Assembly (NCBI RefSeq): GCF_902652985.1
Contig: NC_047029.1
Coordinates: forward strand, 1,364,001 to 1,428,000
DNA length: 64,000 nt
DNA from: Pecten maximus
Taxonomy: Eukaryota
Direction of reading: 5' to 3'
Part shown: in pieces, positions 9,509 through 20,135 of the stretch
Position numbering within the stretch: position 1 is the first letter of the stretch
How the letters are laid out: every line of letters begins with the position of its first letter
The notes under the pieces: model-generated
What the model was told of the DNA's origin: nothing
What the model saw: only the letters and a program-made list of their open reading frames with translations
Database searches by the model: none
Position numbers and translations under genes: made by a program

Positions 9509-10690
9509 ATGAAAGCTGCTCACCAATGTAATAGAAACCTATTTGATAGGTATTACTTGAATCAAGCTGGGGGAGGTGGTAGTGGAAATGTCTTCAGAGG
9601 AACGAGAATGCAGAGAGGTCATGATATAGGAGGTCTGTTTAGAGGTTTATTCAAAACCATTAAGCCTTTACTTCATTCTGGAATGAAGAGCATCACTCCA
9701 ATTGTGAAGAAAGGAGTGAGACTTGTAGGAAAACAAGCAATTGATTCTGGCATGAAATTGACTAGTGATTTGCTAAAGGGGGAAAACATCAAAGCCAAAG
9801 AATCTCAGTTGACCAGTGGAATGTGGTATAAGGATACAGCTGCGCAAATGGACACGGCTGGAAACGATAATCATGGCTACATCAAGAGGAAATTGTCAAC
9901 AGCAACCAGTAGATCTGTGGAAATGATGGGAAGACTCCATTCTGACCTATTTGCCCAGGAAAGATATCTTGTCAATAATGTGAACATGAAAATAACGTTA
10001 ACCAGAAGTAAAGATGTTTTCTGTTTGATGGGAGAAGACAAAGAATTCAAAGTTGTCATCAAGGACATCTATCTAAACGTGAGAAAAGTTAGACTGAGTC
10101 CATCGGTGAGACTGGCCCATGCAAAAGCCCTGGAAATATCACCTGCCAAATACCCAATCAGAAGAATTGCAATGAAAGTATTTTCTGTTCCAAGAGGAAA
10201 TCACAATTTTGTAAAGGATAATCTTTTTCTAGGACAAATGCCTAAGAGATTGGTCATCGGATGTGTGGACAGTGATGCCTATAGTGGACTCATCACCAAG
10301 AATCCTTTTCATTTTAAAGATTTTGATATTAATTTTGTTGTCCTGAACGTGGATGGCAAACAAGTCCCCACCAAGCCTTTGCAGCCAAATTTCACCCAGA
10401 AACATTACGTAAGAAGCTACATGGGCCTGTTTAACACTACCGGCAAAACGTTTCGTGACGAGGGAAATAACATCTCAAAGGATGAATATGGCACTGGTTT
10501 TACCCTCTTTGGATTTGATCTGACACCCGACCTTTCAGAAGTGGGCACATTTCATCTTATAAAAAAGGGAAACTTGTCTTTGGAAGTGCATTTCGGAACA
10601 GCCCTACCCAATACCATCAACTTTGTGGTGTATGCTGAATTTGACAATATCATAGAAATAGATCGTAACAGGCAAATTCTTTTTGATTAA
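9509..10690 (+). CDS. Chimeric ORF: amphipathic (cupiennin-like) virion protein fused in frame to an N-terminally truncated double jelly-roll major capsid protein (PY/hexon-like)
   Basis: aa 1-~95: YYLNQAGG...QRGHDIGGLFRGLFK...VGKQAIDSG...GENIK. From ~9794: AKESQLTSGMWYKDTA, GRLHSDLFAQERYL, AKYPIRR, GQMPKRLVIG, NPFHF, GFTLFGFDLTPD, VVYAEFDNIIEIDRNR (MCP motifs). Confidence 0.85.
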   Translation: MKAAHQCNRNLFDRYYLNQAGGGGSGNVFRGTRMQRGHDIGGLFRGLFKTIKPLLHSGMKSITPIVKKGVRLVGKQAIDSGMKLTSDLLKGENIKAKESQLTSGMWYKDTAAQMDTAGNDNHGYIKRKLSTATSRSVEMMGRLHSDLFAQERYLVNNVNMKITLTRSKDVFCLMGEDKEFKVVIKDIYLNVRKVRLSPSVRLAHAKALEISPAKYPIRRIAMKVFSVPRGNHNFVKDNLFLGQMPKRLVIGCVDSDAYSGLITKNPFHFKDFDINFVVLNVDGKQVPTKPLQPNFTQKHYVRSYMGLFNTTGKTFRDEGNNISKDEYGTGFTLFGFDLTPDLSEVGTFHLIKKGNLSLEVHFGTALPNTINFVVYAEFDNIIEIDRNRQILFD

Positions 10691-10695
10691 AGTGC

Positions 10696-11150
10696 ATGAT
10701 GAATACTTTAGAAATAGACCTGATCCTACAAGCCGTTTCTCCTCATTTTGCAGGGGTGTATGCTAGAAATACATTACCTACATGTCCTTTAAGTGTTCCT
10801 TGTCTCATGTTTTGTAATACTGACCCAGATAATAAACAAGGACAACATTGGATTGCTATGTATATAGATGAAGAAAGACGTGGAGAAATTATGGTCCTCA
10901 TGGATTGTCTCCCTTTCATTTAGATTTTATCAATTTCTTAAACCGGCAATGTAAAACATGGATTTATAATCCCGTTGCAGTACAGCATTTGAACTATCTA
11001 GTGTGTGGTCAACATTGTATCTATTACTTGGTTCACCGAGAGATGGGAATGACCATGAATGACATCACCGAATATCTTCAATCAGAATGGCATGCCAATA
11101 CTTACATTGTAGATGATTTCGTTCATCATCTTGAACGTAACTTGTTATAA
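10696..11150 (+). pseudogene. Adenain-like (C5) cysteine maturation protease, frameshifted near 10887
   Basis: FAGVYA, CNTDPDNKQGQHWIAMYI in ORF 10696-10923; VQHLNYLVCGQHCIYYL in ORF 10905-11150; the expected catalytic Asp position reads YGPHG. Confidence 0.88.
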
Positions 11151-11279
11151 TAGTAATGAGTATACATTGTTATTAATTGCAGGTTTTGTGTAGTGACTGT
11201 ATGTATTGCAATACATAACTTATAAAAATATTGATTGTTTAATTAAGAAATCATTGTTTGTATATACGTTTGTGAATAT

Positions 11280-11285
11280 AATAAA
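11280..11285 (+). terminator. Putative polyadenylation signal at the end of the element cassette
   Basis: AATAAA 130 nt after the protease stop, just before the right TIR. Confidence 0.4.
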
Positions 11286-11319
11286 AGAAAAAAAAACTAA
11301 GTATGAATTATGTTATTTT

Positions 11320-12417
11320 TTTCAATCAGAATTCTATTGTAATGACTTCCATGTTTTTTGGTATACATCATAGAATTTCCAAGACAACTGTAATTGAAGA
11401 ATGTCAGGCCTCTCAGAAGGATAATGACAAAAATGACAAAAATGACAAAAAATGACAAATAATGACAAAACATGACAAAATCATGACAAAAATGACAAAA
11501 CATGACAAATAATGACAAAACCATGACAAAAATGACAAAATCAGGACAAAACATGACAAAACATGACAAAATCATGACAAAACATGACAAAATCATGACA
11601 AAACAATGACAAATAATGACAAATAATGACAAAATCATGACAAAAATGACAAAATAATGACAAAATCATGACAAATCATGACAAAAATGACAAAATAATG
11701 ACAAAATCATGACAAATCATGACAAAAATGACAAAAATGACAAAATCATGACAAAACATGACAAAATCATGACAAAAACATGACAAAATATGACAAAATC
11801 GTGACAAAATCATGACAAATCATGACAAAACATGACAAAATTGACAAAATTATGACAAAATGACAAAACATGACAAATAATGACAAAACATGACAAATAA
11901 TGACAAATAACGTCATGACATTTACATACTATACTAGCATGCCGAAAGCCAATAACGCCATGAAAACCAATCCGGCTAGCCATTTACATACTATACTAGC
12001 ATACCGAAAGCCAATAACGTCGTGAAAACCAACCCGGCTAGCCATCTACATACTATACTAGCATGCCGAAAACCAATAACGTCGTGAAAACCAACCCGGC
12101 TAGCCATTTACATACTATACTAGCATGCCGAAAGCCAATAACGTCATGAATTCCAACCCGGCTAGCCATAAATCATCAACAACAGATATTGAAAGAAGAA
12201 GATGTCCAAAAGAACATGAAAAGATAAAATCTCAAGAAAATACAACTAAAGAAAGGTATGTCACTTCTGTATTTGAAAACCAAGATACAGGGGAGAGAAT
12301 TGATGACATCTGTGGGTTTTTTTCTCTCCCAGAATGCCTCATTTCAAGATGGCTGCCAACATCTTGAATGAGGCATTCTGGGAGAGAAAAAAAAAACACA
12401 GTGTCATCACATCTCTC
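11320..12417 (-). repeat. Right terminal inverted repeat (shorter microsatellite, 4x62-bp repeat, terminal hairpin 12293-12417)
   Basis: Reverse complement of the left TIR; four 62-bp units at ~11922-12169; hairpin apex has a 10-bp deletion. Confidence 0.93.
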
Positions 12418-12423
12418 ACAATC

Positions 12424-12700
12424 AATCTTGCGAACTGAGCTTCAGGCTATAATTTGGTTCAATGATGACGTCGCATGCCCTATGCTTCCATCTCCTACTG
12501 TTTGGATGGAGAGGGTAAAATGATAGTTATGACCTCCCTTCATCCTGCACCAACTGCAATGTTTGAATTTATTTCATGCAAGTGCAAAACAACTCGATGC
12601 TCATCAAATAAGTGTAAGTGCAAATCGAACAACTTGTTTTGTACATAACTTGACGAGTGTGTAGCAGATAATGACACATGCGAAAACACACCATTAGGCC
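12424..12700 (+). pseudogene. 3' part of the interrupted PIN-like/CXC gene
   Basis: Continues ILRTELQAIIWFNDDVACPMLPSP, then PAPTAMFEFISCKCKTTRCSSNKCKCKSNNLFCT*LDEC...CEN (tesmin/CXC-like Cys cluster). Confidence 0.8.
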
Positions 12701-12906
12701 AATGAATGCATGAAAACAATGATATGGAAGAGATAATGTGAAATTCCCCTTAGGGACAACGGAATTCTGACTTATGCATAGAAAAAAAAAAAAATTTGCT
12801 TTGTGAACATTTATTCATAAACGATTTAAAAAAAAAAGTATTTCATATTGCTTAAATAAATGTCTTAAACTTATCGGTTGCCGTGAACACTCACCGTGAA
12901 GCATTA

Positions 12907-13568
12907 CCGTAATTTCTTGCGTATTGCCCGCTCCGTTAGATCGCCCGCACTGACCAAAATTTGGTATTTATGTTTTTAATTCTGTAGATAGCCCGCTCCG
13001 TCGCATTGCCCGCGGGTTATCTGCTATATATGTATATACAAATAAACGACAAGAGCTGCGAAAGCGCTCGGAACAAAGCAGAAATGTTTTACTGTTTTTA
13101 TTTTTAATATTTTCAACCAATTACAAGGACATACTATATATTTTACTTATATATACCGGGTAGCTATACAAAATGTATATCAATCGTAAAACATGAAAAC
13201 GTTTACCTTGTACACGATTTGGGGAATCCCCTTAGTACCGATGCGTTATACATTACCTAGCTAAGGATTTGGTGAACAGTGTTAATAAACGTAATTCGGG
13301 CTCGGGGTCTAGCTGTGAGTTGTTTTTACATGATTTGTACTGGTCAGAATCTCCAATTACGTCCATTATTAACTTTATTTTTTTATTAAATTTTGTGAAA
13401 ATCTGTATGTGTTCATATCATGCTTTTAATATATGTCGTATAGCCCGCAGTTTTCAATGGTTTTTGAAAACATTTCGTCAGATTGCCCGCGTCATCAGAT
13501 AGCCCGCAGAAGGCAATTTTTAATGTTTAAAATCGTATAGCCCGCGGGCAATACGCAAGAAATTACGG
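12907..13568. mobile_element. Tc1/mariner(pogo)-type MITE
   Basis: Perfect TIR CCGTAATTTCTTGCGTATTGCCCGC / GCGGGCAATACGCAAGAAATTACGG, TA on both flanks, subterminal GCCCGC repeats, no ORF. Confidence 0.85.
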
Positions 13569-15089
13569 TAAACGTCTGTTTGTATCCACACTGGGTACCA
13601 CGTGACCAGTGTAAGAGGCACTAGTTCATTCTAGAAGTGTTTTATTTTTGTTGCGAAAAGTCATTATGTTTCACGTTTTTCTAGCGACGAGTCTTTTCTT
13701 TTAAGCATATCGTACATGAAAATGTCCAATAATTAACTCTGTTTTGTCATCATCATCGTCATGGTTTCCCATAACGTTAGTGCAACAAATCCTCTTTGCT
13801 CTACCCTACTATCATACACCACGATATCCAGTCATTCTGCTGACATTCTGCTGTTCATCCGAACGTATTTATCGGGCAATACGTTCGGGTGAACGGGTCA
13901 TGAGAACTATTCAAGTGATGAAAAAAGATTTATATACCTCTCTTTGTATATGGCAAAAAGTATCATATACTTACGAGAATAAAAAAAAACAATCTATATC
14001 AAGCACGAGTTTGTGTGACCTGTTTCTACCACAATAGAACAAAAATCTGAGGATGAATTAACCTGATTTGTATCAACGTGTGTTCTTTTCATAATATCAG
14101 GTGGGGTGTAAGGATAAGACCTAAATTGAAATGCTTTTACAATTTATTACAAATCATAAGCAATAGTAAACAAGTTTAATGCATTTTTGCCAGGGAAATA
14201 GAAATTTATCAAACTAACAAAACTTATATTTTCACTGCAGCGATGAGCAGTGAAAATATACGATTTTGCAGTAAAAATATAAGTTTGCAGTGAAAATATA
14301 AGTTTTCCGTTTTTGACCAATCAGATCGGACCTTTCTATTCACCTCGTTGAAACTTGCTGATTTTCCAGTCGAAGCGGAGATAGATAAATTGGTTATTTT
14401 GCTGTATTTCTGAAATTTTCAGATTAGTTTTTGACAAAATACTCACTAGACGTTAGCTATTCAAGCACAGATTCTCCTATAACAGCAGAAAACGCTTAAA
14501 TTGCGTTGATCAGTCCTTTCAAAATGGCGCCGTCAAGTTGACGTTGAGTAACGTCACAAAGAGATGACGTCATTACTGATTCCCGTACTTTTTGACATTA
14601 TTCATTTTTCGATGTGTTTAATTTTGTTTTGAAGTTTATAAAATGCAATAAAAGAAAATGGAAAACATTCAATTTCCTCTATTTATTTTTTTAAAGCAAT
14701 ACATTAATAGAAATGTATATATATTTTATAAGATATGACAAACACAACTGCGGACTACTTCTTGTGCGAACCATTCAGAACGCATGTAGCCAAGGATTAG
14801 ACACAATCTATAACAATATACATATATTTCTATGTAAACAACATCAAACAAAAAACAAACAAAAAACGATTTTCCTCTTGTGTGATGTTCGTATACACGG
14901 GAGCTTGACTAGTTCCTATAATCCAGGATGACACTAATAACTTTTATCCCAGAACCACGGTTGTTTCAGAACAAGTGCTAACACACATTGTGTTGTTTGC
15001 TGGCAAAGCTCTGGCATTCAAATAGATCATAAATACCATACAAAAACAGTTCAATGATTAAGTGAACCCGATAAGACATGGACATATAA

Positions 15090-18000
15090 ACACTGCCATC
15101 TCCTTTATACCGCCATTCCCTTGACCGACACTGCCATCCCCTTGACCGACACTGCCATCTCCTTGACCGACACTGCCATCTCCTTGACAGACACAGCCAT
15201 CCCCTTGACAGACACTGCCATCCCATTGACAGACACTCCCATCTCCTTGACCGACACTATCATCCCCTTGACAGACACTGTCATCCCCTTGACAGACACT
15301 GTCATTCCCTTGACAGACACCGCCATCTCCTTGACAGTCACTGCCATCCCCTTGACAGACACTGCCATCCCATTGACACTCCCATCTCCTTGACAGACAC
15401 CGCCATCCCCTTGACCGACACTGTCATCCCCTTGACAGACACTGCCATTTCCTTGACAGATACTGTCATCCCCTTGACAGACACCGCCATCCCCTTGACA
15501 GACACTACCATCACCTTGACACACACTCCCATCTCCTTGACCGACACTGTCATCCCCTTGACAGACACTGCCATCCCCTTGACAGACACTGCCATCCCCT
15601 TGACAGACACTGCCATCTCCTTGACAGACACTGCCATCTCCTTGACAGACACCGCCATCCCCTTGACAGACACTGCCATCCCCTTGACAGACACTGCCAT
15701 CTCCTTGACAGATACTGTCATCCACTTGACAGACACCGCCATACCCTTGACAGACACTGCCATCACCTTGACACACACTCCCATCTCCTTGACCGACACT
15801 ATCATCCCCTTGACAGACACTGTCATCCCCTTGACAGACACTGCCATCCCCTTGACAGACACTGCCATCTCCTTGACAGACACTGCCATCTCCTTGACAG
15901 ACACTGTCATCCCCTTGACAGACACTGCAATCTCCTTGACAGACACTCCCATCCCCTTGACAGACACTGCCATCTCCTTGACCGACACTGTCATCCCCTT
16001 GACAGACACCGCCATACCCTTGACAGACACTGCCATCACCTTGACACACACTCCCATCTCCTTGACCGACACTGTCATCCCCTTGACAGACACTGCCATT
16101 CCCTTGACCGACACTGTCATCTCCTTGACAGACACTGTCATCCCCTTGACAGACACTGCCATATCCTTGACAGACACTTCCATCCCCTTGACAGACACTG
16201 CCATCTCCTTGACCGACACTGCCATCTCCTTGACAGTCACTGCCATCCCCTTGACAGACACTCCCATCTCCTTGACAGACACTTCCATCCCCTTCACAGA
16301 CACTGCCATCTCCTTGACAGACACTGCCATCTCCTTGACAGACACTGCCATCTCCTTGACAGACACCGCCATCCCCTTGACAGACACTGTCATCCCCTTG
16401 ACAGACACTGCCATCCCCTTGACAGACACTGCCATCCCCTTGACAGACACTGCCATCTCCTTGACAGACACTGCCATCTCCTTGACAGACACTGTCATCC
16501 CCTTGACAGACACTGCAATCTCCTTGACAGACACTCCCATCCCCTTGACAGACACTGCCATCTCCTTGACCGACACTGTCATCCCCTTGACAGACACTGC
16601 CATCTCCTTGACAGATACTGTCATCACCTTGACAGACACCGCCATACCCTTGACAGACACTGCCATCACCTTGACACACTCCCATCTCCTTGACCGACAC
16701 TGTCATCCCCTTGACAGACACTGCCATTCCCTTGACCGACACTGTCATCTCCTTGACAGACACTGTCATCCTCTTGACAGACACTGTCATCTCCTTGACA
16801 GACACTGCCATCTCCTTGACAGACACTCCCATCTCCTTGACAGACACTGCCATCCCCTTGACAGACACTGCCATCCCCTTGACAGACACTGCCATCACCT
16901 TGACACTGCCATCCCCTTGACAGACACTGCCATCCCCTTGACAGACACTGCCATCTCCTTGACAGACACTGTCATCCCCTTGACAGACACTGCCATCCCC
17001 TTGACAGACACTATCATAACCTTGACACTGACATCCCCTTGACAGACACTGCCATCCCCTTGACAGACACTGCCATCTCCTTGACAGACACTGGTATCTC
17101 CCTGACAGACACTGCCATCCCCTTGACAGATACTCCCATCCCCTTGACAGACACTGTCATCTCCTTGACAGACACTGCCATCTCCTTGACAGACACTGCC
17201 ATCTCCTTGACAGACACTGTCATCCTCTTGACAGACACTGTCATCCCCTTGACCGACACTGCCATCCCCTTGACAGACACTGTCATCTCTTTGACAGACA
17301 CTGTCATCTCCTTGACAGACACTGTCATCCCCTTGACAGACACTGCCATCTCCTTGACAGACACTGTCATCCTCTTGACAGACACTGCCATCTCCTTGAC
17401 AGACACTGTCATCCCCTTGACAGACACTGTCATCCCCTTGACAGACACTGCCATCTCCTTGACAGACACTGCCATCCCCTTGACAGACACTATCATCTCT
17501 TTGACAGACACTGCCATCTCCTTGACAGACACTGCCATCCCCTTGACAGACACTGCCATCCCCTTGACAGACACTCCCATCCCCTTGACAGACACTGCCA
17601 TCTCCTTGACAGACACTGCCATCCCTTTGACAGACACTCCCATCCCCTTGACAGACACTGCCATCTCCTTGACAGACACTGTCATCACCTTGACAGACAC
17701 TGTCATCACCTTGACAGACACCGCCATCTCCTTGACAGACACTGCCATCTCCTTGACAGGCACTGCCATCTCCTTGACCGACACTGTCATCCTCTTGACA
17801 GACACTGTCATCCCCTTGACCGACACTGCCATCCCCTTGACAGACAATGCCATCTCTTTGACAGACACTGTCATCTCCTTGACAGACACTGTCATCCCCT
17901 TGACAGACACTGCCATCTCCTTGACAGACACTGTCATCCTCTTGACAGACACTTCCATCTCCTTGACAGACACTGTCATCCCCTTGACAGACAGTGCCAT

Positions 18001-20135
18001 CCCCTTGACAGACACTGCCATCTCTTTGACAGACACTGCCATCCCCTTGACAGATACTGTCATCCCCTTGACCGACACTGTCATCCCCTCGACAGACACT
18101 GCCATCTCCTTGACAGACACTCCCATCTCCTTGACAGACACTGCCATCTCCTTGACAGACACTGCCATCCTCTTGACAGACACTGCCATCCCCTTGACAG
18201 AAACTGTCATCCTCTTGACAGACACTACCATCTCTTTGACAGACACTGCCATCTCCTTGACAGAAACTGTCATCTCCTTGACAGATACTGTCATCTCCTT
18301 GACAGACACTGCCATCTCTTTGACAGACACTGCCATCTCCTTGACAGACACTGTCATCTCCTTGACAGATACTGTCATCTCCTTGACAGACACTGCCATC
18401 TCTTTGACAGACACTGCCATCTCCTTGACAAACACTGCCATCTCCTTGACAGATACTGTCATCTCCTTGACAGACACTGCCATCTCTTTGACAGACACTG
18501 CCATCTCCTTGACCGACACTGTCATCTCCTTGACAGACACTGTCATCCCCTTGACAGACACTGCCATCTCCTTGACAAACACTGCCATCCCCTTGACAGA
18601 TACTGTCATCTCCTTGACAGACACTGTCATCTCCTTGACAGACACTGTCATCCCCTTGACAGACACTGCCATCTCCTTGACAAACACTGCCATCTCCTTG
18701 ACAGATACTGTCATCTCCTTGACAGACACTGCCATCTCTTTGACAGACACTGCCATCTCCTTGACAGACACTGCCATCTCCTTGACAAACACTGCCATCT
18801 CCTTGACAGACACTGCCATCCCCTTGACAGACACTATCATCTCCTTGACAGACACTGCCATCCCCTTGACAGACACTACCATCTCCTTGACAAACACTGC
18901 CATCTCCTTGACCGACACTGTCATCTCCTTGACAGACACTGTCATCCCCTTGACAGACACTGCCATCTCCTTGACAAACACTGCCATCTCCTTGACAGAC
19001 ACTATCATCTCCTTGACAGACACTGCCATCTCTTTGACAGACACTGTCATCCCCTTGACAGACACTGCCATCCCCTTGACAGACACTGCCATCCCCTTGA
19101 CAGACACTCCCATCTCCTTGACAGACACTCCCATCTCCTTGACAAACACTGCCATCTCCTTGACCGACACTGTCATCTCCTTGACAGACACTACCATCTC
19201 CTTGACAGACACTACCATCTCCTTGACAGATACTGTCATCTCCTTGACACTGACATCCCCTTGACAGACACTGCCATCCCCTTGACACTGACATCTCCTT
19301 GACAGACACTGCCATCCCCTTGACACTGACATCCCCTTGACAGACACTGCCATCCCCTTGACAGACACTGCCATCTCCTTGACAGACACTGTCATCCCCT
19401 TGACAGACACTGCCATCTCCTTGACAAACACTGCCATCTCCTTGACAGATACTGTCATCTCCTTGACAGACACTGCCATCCTCTTGACAGACACTGCCAT
19501 CCCCTTGACAGACACTGTCATCTCCTTGACAGACACTGTCATCCTCTTGACAAACACTGCCATCTCCTTGACAGATACTGTCATCTCCTTGACAGACACT
19601 GCCATCCTCTTGACAGACACTGCCATCTCCTTGACAGACACTGTCATCCCCTTGACAGACACTGCCATCTCCTTGACAAACACTGCCATCCCCTTGACAG
19701 ACACTCCCATCCCCTTGACAGACACTGCCATCCCCTCGACAGACACTGTCATCCCCTTGACCGACACTGTCATCTCCTTGACAGACACTGTCATCCCCTT
19801 GACAGACACTGCCATCTCCTTGACAGACACTGCCATCTCCTTGACAAACACTGCCATCCCCTTGACAGACACTCCCATCCCCTTGACAGACACTGCCATC
19901 CCCTCGACAGACACTGTCATCCCCTTGACCGACACTGTCATCTCCTTGACAGACACTGTCATCCCCTTGACAGACACTGTCATCTCCTTGACAGACACTG
20001 TCATCCCCTTGACCGACACTACCATCTCCTTGACAGACACTGCCATCTCCTTGACAGACACTGCCATCCCCTTGACAGACACTGCCAACTCCTTGACACT
20101 GTCATGCCCTCGACAGACACTGCCATCTCCTTGAC
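15090..20135. repeat. 21-bp minisatellite (CCTTGACAGACACTG[C/T]CATC[C/T])n, ~240 copies
   Basis: Direct reading; source of the TDTAISL / QGDGSVC / MAVSVKE pseudo-ORFs. Confidence 0.97.

Larger units (their letters stand above)
3159..12417 (+). mobile_element. Polinton/Maverick-like (adintovirus-type) endogenous virus-like element lacking pPolB
   Basis: Termini GAGAGATGTGATGACACTGTG...CACAGTGTCATCACATCTCTC are exact reverse complements; 6-bp TSD ACAATC at 3153-3158 and 12418-12423; internal integrase, packaging ATPase, minor and major capsid and cysteine protease genes. Confidence 0.95.

Noticed and set aside
4745-11319. Search for a pPolB, helicase or HUH-Rep remnant on either strand inside the element
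   Set aside because: Plus-strand genes tile the region; minus-strand ORFs are short antisense shadows without polymerase (DxxSLYP, YxDTDS), SF3 or HUH motifs.
14219-14305. Inverted/direct repeats AAACTTATATTTTCACTGC...GCAGTGAAAATATAAGTTT
   Set aside because: Probably the end of an unclassified repeat, but no partner end or TSD could be defined.
15105-20134. Very long ORFs (up to 1024 aa) of TDTAISL / QGDGSVC / MAVSVKE repeats, superficially like ice-binding or Cys-rich structural proteins
   Set aside because: They arise from a 21-bp unit lacking stops in several frames on both strands; frame-breaking short units occur, and there is no unique N/C-terminus, signal peptide or codon-position bias.
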